This document shows positions 11,801 to 20,000 of a stretch of DNA of 20,000 nt, piece by piece (the stretch's first letter is position 1; each line of letters starts with the position of its first letter). Location of the stretch: positions 47,568 through 67,567 of the forward strand of contig BAAIJX010000079.1 of NCBI GenBank assembly GCA_054600435.1. The letters are read 5' to 3'. The translations under genes and the position numbers were made by a program. The stretch is from Neophaeotheca triangularis. Taxonomy: Eukaryota. The notes under the pieces were generated by a model. The model was not told the origin of the DNA and did not search any database. It saw only the letters and a list, made by a program, of their open reading frames with translations.

Positions 11801-13315
11801 CGGGTCTTAACGCCGGTGGTAGCGAGTGCTATAGCGGCGTGGCTCGCGGTGGTGACTACGTCCACGAGGCTCGGCTAGAGGTTAAGCGTCGGCTAGGTGT
11901 TCGTTTGGCTCCTACGCCTAGAGGTTACCTCTACGAAGCCGCTCGGAGCGCGAGTAGTAGCTATCTAGGCGGCTGACAATACGAGAGCCGAAATTCGACT
12001 CGACTAAGGGCATGGCGTAGGCATGTTCGTTATAGAGATAGCGGTCGATTACGCTAGGAGCACTTACGGGGCCCGAGGGCTAGTTAGCTAGTAGGATGTC
12101 GTTTTGCGTAGGACTAGTAGCTACACTCTATCGGTTCTCTTCGTTACGGGACTCTTTACGGGCGGCAATTAAGTCGCGAATCTCGTTGAAACGAGCTTCG
12201 ACGTACGCCTCGTTACGTTCTTAGACTTGCTGTATCGATTCCTATAAGAGACCTCGGATCGCGTCGAGAGTTAGCACTTAGGCCTATTACTAGGGCGGTC
12301 GCTAGGCCGGCTGTTATAGGGGCGGTTACGCCGGCTACTGTAGCGGCTACTGCGGCGGCTACTACTACGGCTACTCGGGGTAAGGGGGGGCTACTAAGCG
12401 GTTTCGCTATACGCGCCTAGGCTAGTCGGGTTCCCCGTGTACGTCGGCCATAGTAGCTAGCTGCGTTAGGGGTAATAGGGGGTAGGAGGTAAGTTGTTCG
12501 AAACGGTGTGGGATATAGCGGAAACTCATGACAGACGCTTAAGTCGAGGGGGAAGACAGGCGTAGGCTAACTTCGACAGCTGAGTCTGTATTACTAAGAC
12601 GGGCTAGTTGTATTAGATCGAAGAGAGGCGGCTCGTTAGGCTAGGCGGGGTTGTCACTTATTGTAGTGCTAAGCGGGGACGAAGAGGGTAGGGGGACTTA
12701 GGGTGGAGTCGTAGGGGTAGTGGGTAAGGGGATCTACGGGGGGGATAGTTAGGTCTAGGGGGTAGGTAGAGGGATCTAAGGAGGAGACAGGGCGGGCAAG
12801 GTAGCTCGGGTAATAGGAGGGAGCTAGCGGTTCTACGACGGGCGTATCGTGCGGGGAGCGAATGTGGCCGCTAGTATGTCGGCTAGCGTAGATCTCTCGT
12901 GCCCAAATTGGAGGCGTAGGTAGTGCCGGATCCGTTCGTACTAAGCTAGGAAAGTCTTTACTGTAGCGGTAATGAGGGTCTTGTCGACGGACCACTACTC
13001 TAGGAAACCGAATTCCCCTTAGGGGGCTCCTCTAGGGTATACGGCGGTGACCTTCTTAGTAGCTTAGTGTAGCGTCTTGTAGCGGTTCTTCAATGCTTTC
13101 GACCGTGTAGGATTAGTGTAGAAGCAAAAGAGTTAATGAGCTTCCTTAATGTTGTCGGCACTTAACTAGGGTAAGGGTAAGGAAGCCACGGTTACGAAAG
13201 GGAAAGACGGCTTAGAGCTTGTTTACTATGTGAGGCGTAGCTGCCGAATCGGACAATGGTTATATCTAGGCGGTTTATCGCGATTTGAGTAAAGGGCGGC
13301 AGAAAAGGGTGTTAT
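5876..13315 (-). pseudogene. gag-pol: Gag-Pol polyprotein in a single reading frame (gag, C2H2 finger, aspartic protease, RT, RNase H, integrase, chromodomain), RIP-inactivated; start codon uncertain (RIPed ATA candidates at 13315 and 12661)
   Basis: All motifs fall in the same frame: gag FKAEEV(G)YFDP...CLRGGASI(W) ~11420-11620; protease VCLDT(G)A ~10140-10159; RT KGRVVVDIRGLN, DAVSFFY, YIDD at 8777-8788; RNase H LYTDVDASKEFGF and YWPTELEMAG-like; integrase H-H-C-C ~7250-7385, D(W)VTGLP, DRDP, P(Q)TDGQSERTN; GPF motif ~6470. Confidence 0.93.
6133..6289 (-). other. Chromodomain at integrase C-terminus
   Basis: YEIKRLLARR...QYLV*WLG*GPAHNVWYDIDDL...MVAQY follows the GPF motif, matching the chromodomain pattern YxVxWxG...xW. 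Confidence 0.88.
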
Positions 13316-13583
13316 GAGCGTAGCTCGGAGGGGCGAGAGGTTAGGGTCGCTAGCCTCGTGTAGTACCGGGCTATAAGGCGCCTAGGCGCGTATAGAGATG
13401 CTTGCGATCTTCTTAGACGCTTGTCTACTCTCTACTGTTTCGATGTCACCCTCGATAGCTCTTTTTCCACTCGGCTCTATACCGAGCTCTCGACTCTACT
13501 ACTAAGGCCTAGTTCTAATTGCTTTAGTCAGCGTCGGTCCGGGCTAGCATAGGTCACTTAGGACGGGTAAGGTCGCCGGGAGC

Positions 13584-13785
13584 TAGTCGGTTCGTGCTGA
13601 CGTAATCGGTTTAAGCTAACGGAGACGGTTTAGAGTAAGCGAGTCGGTTTAGACCAATGAAGTCGGTTTGACCGAAGCGAGTCGGTTTGAGCTAATGGAG
13701 TCGGTTTAAGCAGGTCTAGTCGGTTTAAACTAGCGGAGTCGGTTTGGGCGGGTCGAGTCGGTTTGAAACGGCGGAGTCGGTTTGA
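13584..13785 (-). repeat. Subterminal tandem array, 11 units with strict 19-bp period, core GAGTCGGTTT (plus strand)
   Basis: CGGTT at 13588, 13607, 13626, 13645, 13664, 13683, 13702, 13721, 13740, 13759, 13778. Confidence 0.93.
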
Positions 13786-13826
13786 AGAAACTGTCTAGGG
13801 ATGATCTTGATAGATCTTGACCTTCT

Positions 13827-13835
13827 CAGCTACTA
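13827..13835 (-). promoter_or_regulatory. Putative primer-binding site (tRNA-iMet-like)
   Basis: Two nt after the 5' LTR the minus strand reads TAGTAGCTG. Reversing one RIP change gives TGGTAGCTG, complementary to a ...CAGCUACCA tRNA 3' end, as I recall for filamentous-fungal initiator tRNA-Met. Confidence 0.5.
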
Positions 13836-13837
13836 CT

Positions 13838-13998
13838 TGACACAGTATGACAGTATGGGTTAGTATATGTGGTATGTGAAAGATAGGATAGACTCTCTAT
13901 CTACAGCTAAAGCTAGAAGTATACACTATACACACTCTCTCCCCCTCTAGGTAGGAAGCCACAAGCTACACCCACACCAGATAACTCCTACCATAACA
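13838..13998 (-). repeat. 5' LTR (161 bp)
   Basis: Direct repeat of 1640-1800, TG...CA ends, followed by TSD TTCTT. Confidence 0.97.
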
Positions 13999-14477
13999 TT
14001 CTTATTACTATAGATTTAGTGTAGAGTAGTAGTAGTTATAGGTAGTTAAGTCTTTACCTTATACCGTCGTATAAGAGTAAGCAATATTACTTTAATATAA
14101 CTATAGAGACTAGTAGGTAAGTGCTAGAATGTCCGCCGTAGACCCCTAAGACTTACTCCCCTAGTATATATATCTAAAAAGATCACTACCTTCTCTACCG
14201 CTTTAACTTAGTAACCGTCCTTAAGGCTATACTCGCTTACTAGCTTATCTACTAACTATATTAAGCTCTCTCTTATCATCCGGGTAACCTCCTTATACCT
14301 CTAGTCATTATTTAGTACTAACTAGGTCTCCTTTACCCCCTTACTAGGCTCTAAAACTAGAGTTTATTAAGGCCCTTATAGTATGTAGTACCGCATAAGG
14401 AAGGTTGTAAGCTCCTCTATGACCTTAATGTTAGCTTCTATCTAAGCGATGACGAGCTCGTCGAGCAGTCTGTTCAT
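13999..14477 (-). pseudogene. PIF/Harbinger transposase, N-terminal part
   Basis: ATG at 14477 (MNRLLDELVIA...). It continues ...LKDG..VKAVEKVVIFLDI...RGLRRTF*H...IYSNK and joins in frame across the TSD to KL*PFFRG at the left side. Confidence 0.82.
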
Positions 14478-14572
14478 AAGAGTAACGCGTATAGCAAAAG
14501 CAGTATAGGTTTATAAGAGTAACGCGTATAGTAAAGGCAGTATGGCAAAAGCAGTATGGCAAAAGCAGTATA
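14475..14572. repeat. Local tandem duplications upstream of the transposase (ATAAGAGTAACGCGTATAG x2; GGCAAAAGCAGTAT-like x4)
   Basis: Directly visible repeated strings. Confidence 0.75.
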
Positions 14573-14894
14573 GCTTGTAGTAGACGGAGCTATATACACT
14601 TTCTATAAAAACACGAACAAGACACGACAGGGTATGTACGAGCTATAGGCCATAGGACCATAGGGCTATAGGACTACGAAATACACCTCTAGGGGTGTAT
14701 TTTGTGGCTCCAAAAAAGACTACGGTCCTATAGCTCTTAGTGGCTCTAGAGCCATGGCGGAGCTACCATACTACTACGAACAGTCGGAGCTACCAGAACT
14801 AGGACCGCTAAGGTACCCCCAAGGTACCTCCAATTCACTAATTAGTAGCGAGCCGTGGTCATGGTCCTAGGACTACCGTGGTCCTAAACCCTAA

Positions 14895-14911
14895 CTGCGA
14901 ACAGGCCCTTA
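14895..14911 (-). repeat. Harbinger terminal inverted repeat (GGGCCTGTTCGCAG) and TTA TSD
   Basis: Resembles PIF/Tourist TIR consensus GGGCCYGTTYG. The partner TIR is outside the window. Confidence 0.65.
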
Positions 14912-15826
14912 GTACTAAGTTCCTAAGGAGGTGGACCTTGTACTTCTAGGTGGCGTCTTTTATCTAATTGGCTGAAGGTTGCTTGTAGGGTTAGAGTTGT
15001 AGTCTTGAGCCACTCTAACACTAACCCTATGGTGGACTAGTGACACCTTCTTTTTGACGACGGTAAGGTATTGATACTGACAGTATTGACTAGAGGTATT
15101 AGAATCGCTAAGACAGGTTAGGAAACACAGCTGAGTATTGGTGTGGAGTGATCAAACAACTCTTACCGCTAATTTACCTTATAAAGACATCGCGACTTGG
15201 GAAAACCAACTTGAGGCTCTCTCCCAAGCCCAGCTCATCCGTCGAGAGGCAGCGTCGGCGTATCAAATGACGACTCACAAGACAGACGTCCAAGAACACG
15301 ATACTTGTATACCTAATGAAGGACGCCAACGCATACGAGGGAAGACAACACGATTGTAAAGCACCCGCCGCCCCGTCCAGCCTTGCAGCACAAGATGATT
15401 CGCCACCCAACCTACCCAGGCAGTAAGGTAGCCGCCCGGATGCCTTTGCAGAAGCACTGCAGCAATCCTCAATCTATGCAATAATGTTAGCAGCCACCGA
15501 CCTTCGCTTGACGGACGCGCCGCCTGGCCTGCGGATGACCGGTGTAGCTCGAGCCCCTCACGCGGTCAGGACTCACAGGCTCGGCCTCCTCTTCTGCAAC
15601 CGGTGAACCAAGCTCCCCGAGCTCCATCAGTCGCGTAGCCGCTGCCACGCTGCTCCACGCGTGCCTGGGCATGTGAAGAAGCTGGTTATATGTCGACAGC
15701 CCCCGCTGTCCAGTGTCGTCTACTTGTCTTGTCGATGAGCTATCGTTTCTTTCACTTTCGCCCTACCGGTTCGCAGTGTTTACCACTGCTTACTCCTGTT
15801 TCTCGCTCCCTCTCGCAGCTGCAAGT

Positions 15827-18800
15827 ATGGCAGCCGAACATGGTATAGAGGACGACGCCCAAGTCGCATCAGCAAGCATAGCAGCCCAGCGTGGCATGGA
15901 GGACGACACCCAAGACTTAGATCTCGCACACAGTCTATCGTTCCAATCTTCCTCTTCAGTCTTCGCTGACATGGGCCAGATGTCTGGAGAAGCAACAGGG
16001 TCAGAAGACTGGAGGCGCTACACTTTCTTCGAGAACTTTGGTTGATCCAGGTTGACGACGATGGAGACGTCAAGGATAGAGAAATGCAATCATCTGAATG
16101 TGACAGCAAACACGCGGTGAGTACCGACAAGGGGAAGCGGAAACAGACAGAAGATGTCGGCAGTGGATTCTGCAAGCAAGAAGCAATACACACCCGCGAC
16201 AATGGATGTCATCGGAGCAATGCTACGGAATCGGAGGCGGACACATCCGCACATGATGAGCCAGACTACCCTCACAACAAGTACCCAGTGGGCTACGACT
16301 GTGAAACAATTGACGCTATTCGGATGTCTCTTGGTGAGGACTTTGAGTCAGACCCTTCACCACCCCTGGAGTTTGAAAAAGGCTGCCGGAACCCAAATTG
16401 CACCTACGAGCACTCATCGTTGAGCTGCAAGAGGTGTGCCAGGGTTCGCAAGTTTCCTGAGGAGGCTACCACGTTCAAGCTTGTGAAGTCCGATTGCCCA
16501 CACTTCCTCGCTGTCTCTTACTGCTGGCCCAAGCATCCGGATGAGACGCCAAAGTCGACGCCGCAGGAATATCAGTATAGAAAAGTTCTTCCTAATGGCG
16601 AAAGCAGGCTTTGGAATGATCACAAACCTCCCGACCATGTCGTAAGACGGGCAATCGCAGTGGCTCGAGCTTTCGATATCCGCCAGATATGGATTGACCA
16701 AGTTTGCCTATCTCAAGATGAAGACGACCGTGATCACCAGCTTTCCATTCAGGGAATTGACTTTGTGTATAGGCGTGCGTTCGCCTGCGTCGGACTGTTA
16801 GAGTCCGTCTTGGACGATCAAAGGCTTCTCGCCGCTTATTCTTGGTCATTTGGCTACGCCCGCCTTGAACGGCTTCCTCCAAACCTGGGCCAGGTTTCGG
16901 AAGATCTATTGCGCTTGTTGGACTTAATCAATCAGGATCCATTCAATCAGCGAGCGTGGATTTTGCAAGAGTGCATCTCCGGGGATGGACGCATGATCCT
17001 CGCCTTGCAGCTGGCTCCGGGCATCGATTTCCCACCACATCCCACCTATAGGCCGAACCTCCCTCAACCGATCCATTCGTCAATCTTGTTCGACCAAAAA
17101 GTCATCCGAGGCTTGGGAGGCCTTGTCGCACATATGTGCACCAGGCTAGACGCGCCTGATCGCCCGGCCAACGCCTATACTCTGAGCAACAGCTTCGACA
17201 GCATGTGGCCAAGCAAACCGAGTTACGAAGACTCGCATCAGGATTATCACGCCCAATCTGATGAAACGGGCTTAGGTGAGAGGTCTGTCCCTCGATGTAC
17301 CGCTGCGCTCGCTGTAACGTATATACGACGGCGAAAGAACCATTCAGTCAGCGATCGCTTGGCTATCATGGCCAACATTTGCGATTACGAGTTTCGACTG
17401 GACACCCGCAAAGTCAAAGACTTTAAATCCCTTGCCGTTGCCTATTTGACCCAGGCGCTCACGAACGGCGACTTCTCACTTTGCATACCCGAGCTCATCA
17501 ACACTGCAACTCAAGCCAACGGGATGAACCTACCGATCTCCAGGCTCGCTTCCATTTCCGAAGCAAGGCGCCACTGGGACTCACACTGGTGTCCACATCC
17601 AAACTCCTCTCTTCCGTTCACCGACTCGAGATACACGAGACCGAGATCTTTGCTAGCCATCAGAAACAGCATGAACTACTGGATACACGATACGGGGTTA
17701 CGCTGTCCTGCGACGATCTGGCAAGTCGAGGAAAAGATCGATCTCCGAAGCGTCCGTGACAGGTGGCTTTCAACATGGAATGACATGAAGTGTGTCGTAA
17801 TCGAGACACATAGAAGCCCACAAGAGGCGAATGGGTGGACTTATCTGGAGATGAATGAGATGGTTGAATGGGCACGTCAACATCAAACGGAGCTGACTCA
17901 TGATCTCATTGACATTCCCGACAGGTACAGGCCTTACATATCTTGTAAGGTTCCCTCGTCAATCGAAGAGGACGAACATGCCCGAGAACGGGCGCTCTGT
18001 AATCTTCTGATTGACATTCTGGGGACCATCGCTCGTCTCGGCTACTTCTCTCTGGCAGACAGCATTTGGATGTCAACACGAAAAGATGCGATGCCAAAAA
18101 TACCCGGGAAACCCGATGCCGATAATTTCGTTGACCTTCCAGACACTGTTTGGGAGCTGCTATACCTTCGGCTTGACTCGAAATCCGAGCATATATTCCA
18201 ATTTGACTGGAAGGACGCTGGCAGTTTCTATCAAGCCTGGATCATCGACAGGGTCATGTCAGAGGGCTACTTGTGGTATGGGGAGGCACAGGCCAGTACT
18301 TACGGCATGTGGTACGACAGGACGAAACACCAGCAGGGCGCGGCCGTCGCCGATACGACAGTCAGACCAGATCGATTGGCAGATAGCACCTTCATGGAAA
18401 GAGAGCGCGAGAAAGAGAGGTTGATGCAGATTTACAACGCAACTTCTCTACCCGGTGGAGACCTGCGGGACGATGATTTTGCCATGTCTTCCGCTACACG
18501 CACGACCAATGAGATGAAGACGGCAAACCACAAACGTGCAATGCGGAGGCATGACCTTAGGGGGCTTCTTGCAGCCTTCGACGTCGATGGTCCCACCACA
18601 ATTGCCATCCCTCTCGATGAGGAACTTGAGAGGCTGCCGCATCCGCCGGAGCGGACCATGAGCGTTTGCTGGAAGGTCGATCAGCTGGATACGCTCAAGC
18701 TCGATGCGGGCATCAGAGAAGATTTCGAAGCGACGGAAGAATATGGCCCTATCGCCAGGTTCAAGGTCACGGGCAAGGTGAGAGGTTGCTGGCCGCAGAT

Positions 18801-18837
18801 GGAATACGTTCCATGTGCAAGGTATGAATTCGAATAG
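15827..18837 (+). CDS. Heterokaryon-incompatibility (HET, PF06985-like) domain protein; 5' exon structure unresolved (main ORF 16042-18837, first in-frame ATG 16084)
   Basis: HET motifs FLAVSYCW, IWIDQVCLSQ, IDFVYRRA and NQRAWILQE, followed by SDRLAIMANICDY. Intact 931-aa ORF with no RIP signature. Probable upstream exon from ATG 15827. Confidence 0.9.
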
Positions 18838-19065
18838 TGTCCGAGCCGGGAGGGACCCTAATCGGCAACGTCGGGATGTAATGGGCTGAACAGACATTGA
18901 ACTAAATGATTTGAGCATTGCTTCCTGATGCGCCTTTGGGAATACGTCAAGCTAGTAATATATGGTCTTCTCGTCACACTTGAACAAACTACTTGCCACG
19001 GTAATGCCCAAATTCTTGCTATACTCTCTTCTCCAACCAAAATCGGCGAAAAAGCTTCTCATCCT

Positions 19066-20000
19066 ACTTAACCTGTACAACCTCTAGCGTCTTCTCGAAG
19101 ACCGTCCCCCAACCCACCTCAAGCAACCACGCCCGCCATCAACATAGCCACCTACCTCGACCCCAGCTACCCCTGGGTGCGTCCATCCCTTCCGTCGTCC
19201 CTCCCCATCCCAAACCCATCCTAACAACCCCGCTCTCCAAACAGTGCCACATAGCCTACCGCACCCTCTACCGCGCCATGGACCTCTACACTACCCAGCC
19301 ACCCACCCACTCAACCCCCTCGGCCTCGCCTCCACTACGCTCCGCAATTGGCACCCTTCCTTCCAATCCTCAGCCCGCCAACCCTCAAAAGAGAAAATGG
19401 TACCCCCAATGCTCGCGAGGGTTGCTAACAAAAAACCAGCCCGGAGCGTGTCGCAGCCGTTCGCTCGCGGCTGGAGCGTGTGGGCCGCAATCTGGGCATG
19501 GTTTTCGGTTTCGAGAACGGGGTGGTAGGCGATTGCGGCGATGCGTTGAGTTTGGCGCACGCGGTTCGCCGGGGTCCGGAACGGCAGAGAGAGGTGGTGG
19601 AAGCGCTCTTGGAGACTGTGTGTGGGAAGTAGGCGGGGAAGTGGGGGATACGGAGACTTGGGAGAGGGTAGGAGGGGCTGCTGGGATGGGGGGGAAGGTA
19701 TGTTTTGCGCTTGGGAGTGAGGTTGATGAGCTGGTTTGCAGGGCGAGGGGGAGGGACGTACGGGCTGTTCCTTCTTTATTTTTATTTTTGAGATTAACGG
19801 GGTTTGGGTCAAGGGTACGGGGCGGGGGGGGGGGGGGGGGGGGGGGGGGTGGGGTTTTGGGGGTTTTTGGGGGGGGTTTTGTCGGGGTTGGGGGGGGAGC
19901 GCGGGAGGAGGAGGCCGTGGGTTGTGAGCAGTTCGCGGAGGGAGTCGAGGTGGTGGGCGTCGACTGTTTTGAAGGGGATGGTGGGGTCGCTGGCTAGGCG
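19066..20000 (-). CDS. Probable 3' part of an uncharacterised, Pro-rich, intron-containing gene that begins beyond the window; exon structure unresolved
   Basis: Minus frame open from the window end (RLASDPTIPFKTVDAHHLDSLRELLTTHGLLLP, then poly-Pro). Candidate splice donors GTACGT (~19760) and GTTAGC (~19429). No recognisable domain. Confidence 0.35.
19820..19900 (+). repeat. Poly-G / G-rich low-complexity tract
   Basis: Run of ~25 G followed by GGGGTTTT-type repeats. Confidence 0.85.

Larger units (their letters stand above)
1640..13998 (-). mobile_element. Full-length Ty3/Gypsy chromovirus-type LTR retrotransposon, 12,359 bp, RIP-inactivated
   Basis: Two 161-bp direct repeats with TG...CA ends. 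5-bp TSD TTCTT at 1635-1639 and 13999-14003. Internal domain order gag-PR-RT-RH-IN-chromo on the minus strand. Confidence 0.97.
1..14908 (-). mobile_element. PIF/Harbinger DNA transposon (RIP-mutated), interrupted by the Gypsy insertion; other end lies outside the window
   Basis: Transposase halves flank the LTR element in frame. Terminal sequence at 14908 reads GGGCCTGTTCGCAG on the minus strand (PIF/Tourist-like TIR) and is followed by TTA at 14909-14911 (TWA TSD typical of the superfamily). Confidence 0.8.

Noticed and set aside
12669..12995. Called 108-aa minus ORF as gag start or separate gene
   Set aside because: Off-frame shadow; the gag-pol frame runs through this region with only RIP-type stops and coherent PQIPLP repeats.
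13584..13785. CRISPR-like appearance (conserved core plus variable spacer)
   Set aside because: Units are only 19 bp (10 + 9), the context is a eukaryotic retrotransposon, and there are no cas genes.
15138..15672. Several short ORFs between the TE block and the HET gene
   Set aside because: Short, overlapping on both strands, no recognisable motifs.
16090..18918. Small ORFs overlapping the HET gene
   Set aside because: Alternate-frame or antisense shadows of the 931-aa ORF.
19278..19997. 239-aa Gly-rich plus-strand ORF, and the G-tract as telomeric repeat or functional G-quadruplex
   Set aside because: The ORF is most likely antisense to a Pro-rich minus-strand gene. The tract is not TTAGGG-like, and the homopolymer length may be an assembly artefact.

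Overview
Filamentous-ascomycete-type genomic window. Bases 1 to ~15,100 are a heavily RIP-mutated (CpA>TpA / TpG>TpA) nested transposon block. A complete 12.36-kb Ty3/Gypsy chromovirus-type LTR retrotransposon (1640-13998, minus strand, 161-bp LTRs, TTCTT target-site duplication) has inserted into the transposase gene of a PIF/Harbinger DNA transposon, whose right end (TIR plus TTA) is at ~14908. Besides a single-frame gag-PR-RT-RH-IN-chromodomain ORF, the retrotransposon carries features that gag-pol does not explain. These are a RIP-destroyed ~980-codon extra ORF downstream of pol (env position) that I cannot assign to any family, two oppositely oriented 19-bp-period arrays (AAACCG / CGGTTT core) just inside the LTRs, and a 3' array of six hairpin-like motifs with compensatory changes. 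No canonical polypurine tract is visible. After the RIP boundary comes an intact HET-domain gene (~15.8-18.8 kb, +) and a poorly resolved minus-strand gene running off the window end. All translations were done by hand and no database searches were run.
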